Shown: in pieces, positions 26,607 through 39,035 of the stretch
Layout of the letters: each line of letters begins with the position of its first letter
Position numbering within the stretch: the stretch's first letter is position 1
Origin: Mobula hypostoma
Lineage: Eukaryota
Reading direction: 5' to 3'
Assembly (NCBI RefSeq): GCF_963921235.1
Contig: NC_086101.1
Span: 14,756,001 to 14,820,000, forward strand
Length of the DNA: 64,000 nt
Position numbers and translations under genes: made by a program
Notes under the pieces: model-generated
Databases searched by the model: none
What the model was told of the DNA's origin: nothing
The model's input: only the letters and a program-made list of their open reading frames with translations

Positions 26607-26897
26607 CTGAAGGAAGAGTGAGTAAGGGATTTGAAAGCTGGAGGGGGAGGGGGAGATGCAAAATGATAGGAGAAGACAGGAGGGGGAGGGATAGAGCCGA
26701 GAGCTGGACAGGTGATAGGCAAAAGGGGATACGAGAGGATCATGGGACAGGAGGTCCGGGAAGAAAGACGGGGGGGGGGTGACCCAGAGGATGGGCAAGA
26801 GGTATATTCAGAGGGACAGAGGGAGAAAAAGGAGAGTGAGAGAAAGAATGTCTGCATAAAAAAGAGTAACAGATGGGGTACGAGGGGGAGGTGGGGC

Positions 26898-29800
26898 CTA
26901 GCGGAAGTTAGAGAAGTCAATGTTCATGCCATCAGGTTGGAGGCTACCCAGACGGAATATAAGGTGTTGTTCCTCCAACCTGAGTGTGGCTTCATCTTTA
27001 CAGTAGAGGAGGCCGTGGATAGACATGTCAGAATGGGAATGGGATGTGGAATTAAAATGTGTGGCCACTGGGAGATCCTGCTTTCTCTGGCGGACAGAGC
27101 GTAGATGTTCAGCAAAGCGGTCTCCCAGTCTGCGTCGGGTCTCACCAATATATAAAAGGCCACATCGGGAGCACCGGACGCAGTATATCACCCCAGTCGA
27201 CTCACAGGTGAAGTGATGCCTCACCTGGAAGGACTGTTTGGGGCCCTGAATGGTGGTAAGGGAGGAAGTGTAAGGGCATGTGTAGCACTTGTTCCGCTTA
27301 CACGGATAAGTGCCAGGAGGGAGATCAGTGGGGAGGGATGGGGGGGACGAATGGACAAGGGAGTTGTGTAGGGAGCGATCCCTGCGGAATGCAGAGAGAG
27401 GAGGGGAGGGAAAGATGTGCTTAGTGGTGGGATCCCGTTGGAGGTGGCGGAAGTTACGGAGAATAATATGTTGGACCCGGAGGCTGGTGGGGTGGTAGGT
27501 GAGGACCAGGGGAACCCTATTCCTAGTGGGGTGGTGGGAGGATGGAGTGAGAGCAGATGTACGTGAAATGGGGGAGATGCGTTTAAGAGCAGAGTTGATA
27601 GTGGAGGAAGGGAAGCCCCTTTCTTTAAAAAATGAAGACATCTCCCTCGTCCTAGAATGAAAAGCCTCATCCTGAGAGCAGATGCGGCGGAGACGGAGGA
27701 ATTGCGAGAAGGGGATGGCGTTTTTGCAAGAGACAGGGTGAGAAGAGGAATAGTCCAGATAGCTGTGAGAGTCTGTAGGCTTATAGTAGACATCAGTGGA
27801 TAAGCTGTCTCCAGAGACAGAGACAGAAAGATCTAGAAAGGGGAGGGAGGTGTCGGAAATGGACCAGGTAAACTTGAGGGCAGGGTGAAAGTTGGAGGCA
27901 AAGTTAATAAAGTCAACGAGTTCTGCATGCGTGCAGGAAGCAGCACCAATGCAGTCGTCGATGTAGCGAAGGAAAAGTGGGGGACAGATACCAGAATAGG
28001 CACGGAACATAGATTGTTCCACAAACCCAACAAAAAGGCAGGCATAGCTAGGACCCATACGGGTGCCCATAGCTACACCTTTAGTTTGGAGGAAATGGGA
28101 GGAGCAAAAGGAGAAATTATTAAGAGTAAGGACTAATTCTGCTAGACGGAGCAGAGTGGTGGTAGAGGGGAACTGATTAGGTCTGGAATCCAAAAAGAAG
28201 CGTAGAGCTTTGAGACCTTCCTGATGGGGGATGGAAGTATATAGGGACTGGACATCCATGGTGAAAATAAAGCGGTGGGGGCCAGGGAACTTAAAATCAT
28301 CGAAAAGTTTAAGAGCGTGAGAAGTGTCACGAACATAGGTCGGAAGGGATTGAACAAGGGGTGATAAAACAGTGTCGAGGTATGCAGAAACGAGTTCGGT
28401 GGGGCAGGAGCAAGCTGAGACAATAGGTCGGCCAGGACAGGCAGGTTTGTGGATCTTGGGTAGGAGGTAGAAACGGGAAGTGCGGGGTGTGGGAACTATA
28501 AGGTTGGTAGCAGTGGATGGGAGATCCCCTGAGCGGATAAAGTCGTTGATAGTGTGGGAGACAATGGCCTGGTGCTCCTTAGTGGGGTCACGATCGAGGG
28601 GTAAATAAGAGGAGGTATCCGCGAGTTGTCGCTGTGCCTCGGCAAGGTGTCAGTACGCCAGACTACAACAGCACCCCCTTTATCAGCGGGTTTAATAATA
28701 ATGTTAGGATTAGTGCGGAGGGAGTGGAGAGCAGAGCGTTCCGAAGGAGTGAGGTTGGAATGGGGACAAGGTGCGGTGAAGTCGAGACGGTTGATGTCCC
28801 GTCGGCAGTTGGCAATAAAGAGATCCAGAGCAGGCAGAAGACCAGAGCGGGGTGTCCATGAAGAAGAGAAGGGTTGAAGACGGGAGAAGGGGTCATCGGT
28901 GGGGGTGGAAGAGTCCTTGCCGAAGAAGTAGGCTCGGAGACGGAGACGGCGGAAGAAAAGTTCCGCATCGTGGCGAACACGGAACTCGCTGAGGTGTGGG
29001 CGAAGGGGGACAAACGTGAGGCCCTTACTGAGAACAGAGCGTTCTGCCTCCGACAGTTGAAGGTCGGAGGGGATGGTAAAGACCCGGCACGGATGAGAGC
29101 TGGGATCAGAGGAGGGAGGGGGGAGGCTGGGGGTGTCAATGGAGAGGGGAGGGTTGGGGTGAGAGGAAGATGGAGCCTCTGAGGGCCCAGGAGCTGACGG
29201 TGGGATCTGAGGAAGACGGGGCTGCGGAATGGTGGTGGGGGAAGGGGAGACGGGAGTCACAACAGCAGCACATAAAGACCCGGCCTGGTGTTCAAGGCTG
29301 GAGTTGCAGTTGGTGGTTGCGTAATCACTTCGAATGTGTCCATGGTCGTTGCTGGAGTCCGGGTTTTGAATATGCCCTGAGGTGTTGGAGCCGCCGAGAT
29401 CAATGGCAGACGCCGCAATTGAAAGTTCATGCCTGCTAGCGTCGGGGCCGGCAGGCTCTGGAGTCCGTAGATGTAAGATCTTGCGATCTTTGCCTAACAT
29501 GACAAAGTCAAAAAAACGGCGATTGCAGGGGTGAATCCGACGGAGGATGAAATAGCAGGTAGGACCATTACAGACGGCGAAGAAAGTGTCCCGAAGGTGT
29601 GGAAGAGTCTGGGATGGGGACACCAAGTACCTCCTCATGGCGGAGAGCGTCGCCTTCAGAGCTTGACGGGAGAAGCGGCGAGAGGCAGAGTCAATAAAAT
29701 GTGAGTACCTGGGATCCTCAGAAGGTCCAAATTGAGAGGCTTGGAAACGAATCCTAAAGCCAACTGGAGTAAGTTGGCGACGGAGGCACGTTCCAAGAAA

Positions 29801-29944
29801 GGATACATGGCTGTGATAGCGAGTTTGAGTCAAAGTGTGGTCGAAAAGTTGAAGAACCAAAGAAATCACAGATGGGGAGCAGTGAGAGATGGTTTCACTG
29901 AACTCCCGTCGAAGAGAGGATCTAAACTTCTTCGGTGTAGGCAT
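26898..29944 (-). CDS. Penelope polyprotein (N-terminal domain, RT, GIY-YIG endonuclease) with one frameshift near 28630
   Basis: Starts MPTPKKFRSSLRR. Motifs IIKPADKGGAVVVW, FTMDVQSLYTSIP, GVAMGTRMGPSYA, RYIDD, VIYCVRCSRCGLLYIGET and LEEQHLIFRLG. Confidence 0.9.
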
Positions 29945-30077
29945 CACCGGAAGAGGCTTCGCAGTAGTGAATTTAAACGCAAACAACAGGAATTCTGCAG
30001 ATGCTGGAAATTCAAGCAACACACATCAAAGTTGCTGGTGAACGCAGCAGGCCAAGCAGCATCTGTAGGAAGAGGCG

Positions 30078-30116
30078 CAGTCGACGTTTCAGGCCGAGAC
30101 CCTTCGTCAGGACTAA
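30078..30116 (-). ncRNA. Minimal type-I hammerhead ribozyme (5' pLTR)
   Basis: Identical motif to 26568-26606. Confidence 0.85.
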
Positions 30117-33100
30117 CTGAAAGAAGAGTGAGTAAGGGATTTGAAAGCTGGAGGGGGAGGGGGAGATGCAAAATGATAGGAGAAGACAGGAGGGGGAGGG
30201 ATAGAGCCGAGAGCTGGACAGGTGATAGGCAAAAGGGGATACGAGAGGATCATGGGACAGGAGGTCCGGGAAGAAAGACGGGGGGGGGTGTCCCAGAAGA
30301 TGGGCAAGAGGTATATTCAGAGGGACAGAGGGAGAAAAAGGAGAGTGAGAGAAAGAATGTGTGCATAAAAAAGAGTAGCAGATGGGGTACGAGGGGGAGG
30401 TGGGGCCTAGCGGAAGTTAGAGAAGTCAATGTTCATGCCATCAGGTTGGAGGCTACCCATACGGAATATAAGGTGTTGTTCCTCCAACCTGAGTGTGGCT
30501 TCATCTTTACAGTAGAGGAGGCCGTGGATAGACATGTCAGAATGGGAATGGGATGTGGAATTAAAATGTGTGGCCACTGGGAGATCCTGCTTTCTCTGGC
30601 GGACAGAGCGTAGATGTTCAGCAAAGCGGTTTCCCAGTCTGCGTCGGGTCTCGCCAATATATAAAAGGCCACATCGGGAGCACCGGAGGCAGTATATCAC
30701 CCCAGTCGACTCTTATCCCCTTAGCCCTCCTGGTTAATACCACATATTAACCACAGATTTCATACACCGGAGTCCCCCATCTATATGATTTTATTTGCTC
30801 CAACTGCCAACCACCCACCTTCCCCATCCCCACCGTCAATGGTTCACACTATCGCTTTTCCTACATTAAATTCAAGCACGGGTAGCCTTTGTGTTCCTGC
30901 CAATCACCTTCCAGCAGCTGTCTTCACTTTCACCCTCTCCGCTGCCACCCTCCCCGCATCTGTTCTCTTTGCTTGTTTCCACCCATCGCCCATCTGCCTC
31001 TGAGTCCCATCCACATTTGTTCCTTTACTGACTGACTGTATCTGTCCCTGTTCCTTCGCCTCTCCACGCCTATCAACTGCTATCTCTTATCTTTACCACG
31101 CCGCCTCTCCTCTTTATTCCGGCTCTTATTTCACCGTGGCCAGTCCTGATACGATATCTCGTCTCGAAACATCAACAATCCGCGCCCCCCACCCCCCGCA
31201 CAGAGCTGCTCGACCCGCTGAGTACTTCCAGTAGTTTGTTTCTCATTAGAATGCAGCATCTGCCCTCTCTTGTGTCTTCCCCAAGCCACCGCTCAAGCCC
31301 CACGCAGCTTCACCAAAGCCCGGCCAGACACACTCGCCCTACTATATGCCAGGCTCAGAGCCACTCAATCTTCCTAAAAATCAGATTCATAGACTCTCCG
31401 GAAGTCGGAAACCCACGTGTTCGAAATCCCGGGTTTGGAACTCCCTCCCAAAATTTGGCTTGGGAAATTTACCCTCCCCAAAATCCTCAGAGCCCGCTTC
31501 AAGGAAGGTCAGCCTCACGGACACCAGGCTCAGAGACATTCACCCTCTTCAAAGCCCGATTCAACGACAAACGATCTCTTAAGACCCTGCGTAACGCCAT
31601 TAGATTTCCCCAATGTTCGGTGAACGAGCACTTACCGTTCTCAAAATCTCGCTGCCGAATCTAAATCCTGCCGTGGACGTCTTAAGCCCAATCTTTGTAC
31701 TACAAAGCACAGACGTTACGTACACAACCTAATCTTAGCTTTGCTTCCAACATTCCCAGTTTCCGCACACCATAATGTGCATATTGTGCATAATACGTCT
31801 CAGAATCCGTTGGTTACAGCACGAAGCACACTACCCGTTTCTAAACCCTTTGGTTAGAGAAAGCAACTATGAGTTTAATGAGCTGTAACATAAAACGGAA
31901 AAATGGGGAATGCTGAAGGAGTTGGAGAGGGGGATTACCGGAAGTTGAAGAAATCCTTTTTCCATTCATCCCTCCTCACACTTGTCCTTGCAAGTGGAAC
32001 AAGTGCGACATCTTCCCGTACACCTCCTCCCTCATTACCAAACCGTCCTTCCAGCTGAGGCGACGCTTCACCTGCGAGTCTATTGTGGTCATCCACTGTA
32101 GGGGAAATGTCAGGGTACGTTTTTTCCAGAGTGCGTGGGTCGCACTCTGAGATGCGATGGTAGAGGCATTGAGCTTTAGGACTTACGTGAAGATCTGACC
32201 ACCCATTTTAATTCTACTTCCCATTCCCATTCACTCATGTCGGTCAATTAGCCCCTGTACTGCCGCAATGAGGCCATATTTATGCAGAGAGATGGTTTGC
32301 ATATTTAGGTCATATTTATGAAGAAATAGAGAAAACCCTACAGGGTTCACAATTCTAGCACCAGTCTAGTTTCAGGGTGGTTGCGGAAATACTATACACG
32401 ATTTAGACATTCTTTCATTGTCTCTCTTTTCTACTTTTTTTCTCCCTCCATTATACTAAGTAAATTAGTTAGTGCAATCCGGAGGATTTTGTAAATTTAG
32501 AATATGATTTTGCGGGTACGGGGGACGTAAAATAAAACCAGGATTCGGAAGAAATGCGTAGAAGAATTTGCGCCATTCTGAGGAGAGAGAAATTGAACAG
32601 CTGGTTCAGAAAGGACAGCTGTATTAGATGACTTTGCTCCATCAGGTGAAGGACTTCGTTGAGGAAGTTATACGGTCAGCAATATATTCGTAATGAGGTT
32701 CTTTCCTCTGGAATGGAGAAACCTAAAGGCAGACTGCAGGAGTTTAGAGAATAACTAAGGGCCATGATGCAGTACACAGAACAGCACCTACAGCATTTAC
32801 CAAGAGCATCCAAATCTATGGGGTGTAGACTTCAAATAACTAGTGAAAAGTTTGGACGGAAATAGGGAAAAATTGCTTTATTTTCACCAACAGCATGGTT
32901 GGCTTCTCGAGTTCCGTGCCTGAACGGTTAATCGGCAGAGCGCAGGGACGAAATTTACAACGAACCTTGATGTGCAACAGAAGCAACTGAACCTCAGGGA
33001 CACGGATCTGTGCTATTCAGATATTTATCGGCCAACAGCCACAGAATGCCTCTTTCAGTACCTTTAATATTTTGTATTAGTATAAAGCAATCTTTTTGCC

Positions 33101-33368
33101 GGACATTCGTGCATTCCCAGAAATCACGTTGATCTTATTCTTTGATTTTTATCGGATCGTCTGTGATCGTGGCGAACACAACTTTCATTTGCTAATCATC
33201 GCTATGAAAATATTTAAATTCTCACTCATATATCGTAGCTATTAATAGTCGAAATTTCTTTGCCTATATTTGCAATAGCTTTTCTTTCTTTTAGCGGGTG
33301 ATGGCGGCGTTGTTGAGAGAGATGCTCCAGATAATGAATATAAATGTTAAGCAATGTAATCTTCCGGC

Positions 33369-33679
33369 TGTCCCGTTTCCAACGTATATTTGATCCGTGT
33401 AAACATCCACATTAATACTGTCCTGCATTCTTCATTCTGAAGTCGGTGATCTCGAGAGATGCTCTTGGAATTTCAGATGAATTGTGTTACCGAAAGCGGC
33501 CGTTATACCAGGTGCAGTTATCGGAAACGGAATGTGTTTCCACGTCGTTGTGCCATCTGATCGCTCCGATTGCATTGATCCCTGAATTATTTGCAGCATG
33601 GCTGAAAATAGACATGATCTGCACCATCTCTGCTTCGGCAACGGCGACTGAATGATTGTTATGTTTCCTCCAGCATATC
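33369..33679 (-). pseudogene. Pseudogenised VJ-type Ig V exon, paralog of 529-870
   Basis: Acceptor ttatttatggttatAG resembles that of the first gene. The frame-corrected text ITIIQSP...IGAIRWHNDVETHSVSDNCTWYNGRFR*HNSS...SLEITDFRMKNAGQY*C...IYVGNGT aligns with IKQSP...IGAIAWYK...HGRVRTNSS...DTGKYYC...VYLGKGT. Two stops and frameshifts. Confidence 0.8.
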
Positions 33680-33914
33680 CTATAACCATAAATAATGTTT
33701 TAGAGTCGTAGAACACGGATACAGCCAATAGAGTCTTGCATATGAATGTCACCCGTGGCACCCATTGATACAGTTCCCATTTACCCGCATTATATCCACA
33801 TCCTTCGATGCCTTGAAGATATAAGTGGTTCCCTCTGCGTTTCTAAAATCTCGCGAAAATGCACGCACGATTCACCTCTGCAGGAAGCAATTTCCTAAAT
33901 CGGATGATTGAATT

Positions 33915-35620
33915 TTAGGACCATAATACATAGGAGCTGAATTAGGTCATGTGGTCCACCAAGTCTGCTCCGCTATTCAATCATGGCTGATCATTTTTTT
34001 TTTTTGCTTCCTCTACTTCATTCCCAGGCCTTCTCACCGTGACATTTGATGCTGTGCCCAATCAAGAACCTATCAGTCTCTGCCTTAAATGCACCCAGTG
34101 ACCTGGCCTTCGCAGCAGCCTGTCGTAATAAATCGACAAATTCACCACGCTCTAGCTAAAGAAATTTCTCCACACTTCTGTTTTAAATTGATGCTCCTCG
34201 ATCCTGAGGCTGTGCGCTCTCGCCCTATACTCCCCAACCATCTTTTCCACACCTACACTGCCTAGGCCTTCCAACGTTCGCAAGGTTTCTCAAAAAGACA
34301 GTGTCCATTATTAAGGACCTCCAGCACCCAGGGCAGCCCTTTTCTCACTGTTACCATCGGGTAGGAGGTACAGAAGCCTGAAGGCACACACTCAGCTATT
34401 CAGGAACAGCTTCTTCCCCTCTGCCATCTGATTCCTAAATGGACATTGAAGTTTTGGACATTATCTCTCTTCTTAATATACAATATTTCTGTTTTTGTAC
34501 AGTTTTTAAGATCTATTCAATATACTTAATTGATCAACTTATGTATTTATTATTATGTTATTTTATTTATTATTTTTTCTCTCTCTTTCTGCTAGATTAT
34601 CTATTGCATTGAACTGTTGCTGCTAAGTTAACAAATTTCACGTCGCATGCCGGTGATAATAAACCTGATTCTGATTCTGTCCTTCTAAATTCCAGCGAGT
34701 ACAGACCCAGAGCCATCAAACGTTCCTCGTATCATAACCCTTTCATTTCCGAAATTCTGTACCTCTTCTGAACCCTCTCCAATGACCCCACATCGTTTTT
34801 AGATGAAGAGCCCAAAACTATTCATAATGCTCAAGGTGAGACGGCACCAGTGCCTTATAAAACCTCAGCATCACATCCCTGCTCATGTATTCTAGAATGC
34901 TTGCCTTCCCCACCACCGACACTACCTGCAGATTAACTTTTAGGATGTTCCAAGGACTCTCAAGTGCCTTTTCATCTCAGATTTTTGGATTTTCTCCCTA
35001 TTTAGAAAATAGTCTGTACGTTTATTTCTTCTACCAAAGCGCACTTTTTCCAGCATTGTATTTCATTTGCCACGTTCTTACCCATTCTCCTAATCTGTCT
35101 AAATACTTCTGCAGCCTTCCTGTTTCCTCACTACTACCAGCCCCTCCACCAAACTTCGTATCATCTGCAAACCAGAAAACGATCCTTTTATTCTCACTCG
35201 TTGCCTCCTACCAATCAGCCAATGCTCTAACCATACCAGTAAATTTCCTGTAATAACATGGGCTGCTAATTTTGTAAGCAGCCTTATGTTGTTAGCTTGC
35301 AAACAGCATTCCGAGTGTAGAGCAATATACAAACATAGAACATTAACAGACAAGGCCCTTCGGCCAACGATGTTGTGCGTGCCCGTATCAACATAATCCA
35401 CAATCAATTCCACTTGGATAGCATATAACCATCCTTTTTTTTTCTTACGTCCATGTATTTATAGATGAGTCCCTTAAGTGCTCCTGTTGTAGCAGACTCT
35501 ACCACCACCCCCAGCTGTGTGTTCCAAGCACAGACCACATCTTTAAAAAAACTACATCTGATATTCTTCCACTTATTTAAAACGGATATGCTCTCATATT
35601 GTCTATTACCGCCATGGGGC
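33915..35620 (-). mobile_element. Degenerate CR1 3' fragments with an inserted Rex-type 3' piece (about 34290-34680, +)
   Basis: Reverse CR1 RT and 3' text. gacagtgtccattattaaggacctccagcaccc...aaacctgattctgattctg tail. Confidence 0.65.
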
Positions 35621-37559
35621 ATTTAATAACGGATTATAAAGATTCCTTTCTGGACATTTCAAAGATAGCTTGAAAGAAACAAGTTTTCCCCAGATTTTGG
35701 CTCAGAATCATTCACTATCCTCAGAGTCCTGTTAGAAAAATTCCCCATTGGAATTCCAATCTCCCCAAAAGCTGGTTCATTGAAACTTGCTATCGCCAAG
35801 CCCGCTTCCTGGAAACTTATCCTCCCTAAATCCAGGTTCGGAGAGATTCGCCCTCCCTAAAACCCAATCCAGGGTTACGCCATATCTTGAAAGGCCTTTG
35901 TGGGCTACGGGACATTCTTAAGGCGCATATTAAGATGTACTTACCCTTCTCAAACTTGCTGTAACGTTCAGAGTCACTCATCGTATGCGCTAAGTCTGAT
36001 GTTGCCTTCGGATTCACGGTCAGAAGAAAATAACCACAATACAGAAAAAAATGAGTCGAAGTTTAACGCATTGACTGCAGTTCTCGCTTCCGTATACCAT
36101 ATTAGGGATTCTGTACGTAATTCTAGGGCTTGCATCTCTTGGTTATAGTACAATAGGAACACCGTGCACGATTCAGGTCTCAGATTCCCTTGGTTAGCTT
36201 AAGCATCCGCAAGGTACATAAGAATAAGAAGAATCGTGAGTGAAACGGAAAGATGCTAGAAACTCCCAGCGGTTCGTTGAACATCTTTGGAGAGAAACAT
36301 ATAAGGGGAGAGAGAAAGATATATAAGCAACACGGTTTTGTTTCTTTCCAATCAGTTTTGACCGACTACCCCCTCACGCCTCTGTAATTCCCTTCACTCC
36401 ACTGTAATACTGCTACATCTGAATTTAGCTTCTCCTTCTCAAAGTCCAGGGTGATTTCGATTTTTATTATGATCATCACCCCTGAGGGTTCTTTTACCTT
36501 AACCTTCTAATCAATTCCCGTTGATTGCGCAACACCCAATTCAGAATAGCACGTCTCCTAGTAGCGTCACCCAGAGATCCTCTAAGAAGCCATCTTGCGG
36601 CCACTCTAGAAATTCCACTCCTGGAATCCAGCACCAACCTGATTTTCCCAATCTACCTGCTAATTGAAATTCCCCATGACTATTGTAACATTGTCCTTTT
36701 GGCATGCATTTTCTATCTCCCGTTTAATTTGTAGACATCCTTACTACTGTTTGGTGGTCTGTATACATATCCCATCAGGGTTTTTTTACCCTTGTAGTTC
36801 CTTAGTTATATCCACAATATTTCAACACTTGCCTACATAATATTGCCTCTTTCTAATGATATCAATTATTTTTTTACCAACAGAGCAACGCAGCGCTCTC
36901 TGCCTTCCTGCTTGTCCTTTCGATGTAATGTGTATCTTTGAACACCAGCCATGATCTTTTAGCCATAATTCAGTGTATAGTATGCACATTCAAATGTTAC
37001 ATCTAAGTCCTGTATTCTATCGTTTCGATTTTGTCCGCTTTTCACGTTGCAACTGATCCTGTTGACTGCAGTTCTGCCCTATCAACAGCCTCTCCTCACT
37101 ACACATTGCTTGTAACACAGCTACCTCATCTTCAGCACTATCATCCGCCTTTTCTCCGATGCTATGGTAACATATATTAATTTGAAAATAAATTTGAACT
37201 TCTAATTGCACTCTTGATTTCCCATTGCATTTCTACCATTTGCAAAACGGGAATCAATTCAGTGGAAGAATCTTTACAAAACACCTGTGCAATTATAGCT
37301 ACAATATTGAATCCAGTTCTGCGCGCCATTCTTTAGTAAAGGCTTTATAGAAATTAGATAATGTACCTCCTAATATGAATCCTGGATGAGAAAAATCCGG
37401 CCTTCTCCCCGTATCCCTTCAAACACTGCCCAATCAGGAATCTATCAAACTCGCCTTATATGTATGTAAAGACTTGGCTTCCACAGCTATCAGTGGCAAA
37501 GAATTCCACAGATCCACAACACTCTGGCTAAAAAACCTTCGTTTATCATGACAATTAAC

Positions 37560-38150
37560 AAGATGTCGAGGACTACCGTCGGTCAGAGGTGACCATGGAT
37601 ATTGCATCATAGCTGACTAGGTACGCACGCCTGGGCAGTACGATATGGCGAGCAAGCTTCTGCCCATGTAGTAAGCTCCCGCTCTCCACACATCTGATGA
37701 ACCAAACGGAACGGCAGAGACCAATACTGTTTGGTACCAGCAATGTCGCAGGAGTTGCCAGTCAGCATTGAACTCAATGTAGGACTGTATTAGGGACTCC
37801 TGCCTCGGATTTTTTTTCCTTGGGGTTTACTCCAGAAGACATCCCCATGAGTGGGTAGAGCCGCAAGGCAGCGGAGGGTTGAGATCAGAGCTTTCCTTCT
37901 AGTAGATGATCTGCCAGCCACGGCCGACGAGCCCCATCTGCCCGAAGCGACTGGTTTTAAGGCGTCAGTAACCCTCCTTTTCCCCTTCTCCTGTCAGTAG
38001 AAACGGACTCGTAGTGCTCAGTAGCTAAGCCACACGTGAAGGACAGGAGCTGGACTTCGTTGTCAGAGGCAATTTGAAGCGCACGCCATTTGGGATCATT
38101 TAATAGGTAGTGGGAACTTGACTCTATTAAGGCCCCCGGCCATAACAACC
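37560..38150 (-). mobile_element. RTE-related non-autonomous element (5' portion)
   Basis: Shares cccactacc...gcctctgacaa...tttctactgacaggagaagggg and ggagtaaaccc segments with 59259-59983. Confidence 0.6.
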
Positions 38151-38296
38151 TTAAAGATCCATAATATGATGTACAATTGTAAAATAGCACTATATACTAT
38201 TTAGCAGTTTGGTTTCCTGGCATTAATCTCAAGATAACCGAAAGGTAACATGCCGGAAGGAGGCGGCACTGACGTAACCAATGTTTATGTTTCGGA

Positions 38297-39035
38297 CAAC
38301 ACACATCAAAGTTGCTGGTGAACGCAGCAGGCTAGGCAGCATCTCTAGGAAGAGGTGCAGTCGACGTTTCAGGCCGAGACCCTTCGTCAGGACTAACTGA
38401 AGGAAGAGTGAGTAAGGGATTTGAAAGTTGGAGGGGGAGGGGGAGATCCAAAATGATAGGAGAAGACAGGAGGGGGAGGGATAGAGCCAAGAGCTGGACA
38501 GGTGATAGGCAAAAGGGGATACGAGAGGATCATGGGACAGGAGGTCCGGGAAGAAAAAACAAGGGGGGGGGAACCCAGAGGATGGGCAAGGAGTATATCA
38601 GAGGGACAGAGGGAGAAAAAGGAGAGTGAGAGAAAGAATGTGTGCATAAAAATAAGTAACAGATGGGGTACGAGGGGGAGGTGGGGCCTAGCAGAAGTTA
38701 GAGAAGTCGATGTTCATGCCATCAGGTTGGAGGCTACCCAGACGGAATATAAGGTGTTGTTCCTCCAACCTGAGTGTGGCTTCATCTTTACAGTAGACGA
38801 GGCCGTGGATAGACATGTCAGAATGGGATGTGGAATTAAAATGTGTGGCCACTGGGAGATCCTGCTTTCTCTGGCGGACAGAGCGTAGATGTTCAGCAAA
38901 GCGGTCTCCCAGTCTGCTTCGGGTCTCGCCAATATATAAAAGGCCACATCGGGAGCACCGGCGCAGTATATCACCCCAGTCGACTCACAGGTGAAGTGTT
39001 GCCTCACCTGGAAGGACTGTTTGGGGCCCTGTTTG
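38297..39035 (-). mobile_element. Penelope 3' fragment (GIY-YIG end plus pLTR)
   Basis: Near-identical to 26509-27250. Confidence 0.92.
38358..38396 (-). ncRNA. Hammerhead ribozyme in Penelope fragment
   Basis: Same motif as 26568-26606. Confidence 0.82.

Larger units (their letters stand above)
26509..30712 (-). mobile_element. Near-intact Penelope-like element with partial-tandem pseudo-LTR
   Basis: The 3' roughly 700 bp (26509 to about 27200) is directly repeated at about 30020-30712. Contains an RT plus GIY-YIG ORF. Confidence 0.95.

Noticed and set aside
29732-30613. 293-aa plus-strand ORF and similar antisense ORFs over Penelope and CR1 copies
   Set aside because: Antisense shadows of transposon coding or purine-rich sequence, repeated in every copy.
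37017-37330. Exon-like acidic ORF and MARRTGFNIVAIIAQ stretch
   Set aside because: No motif or paralog support, and the splice phase does not fit the V exon.
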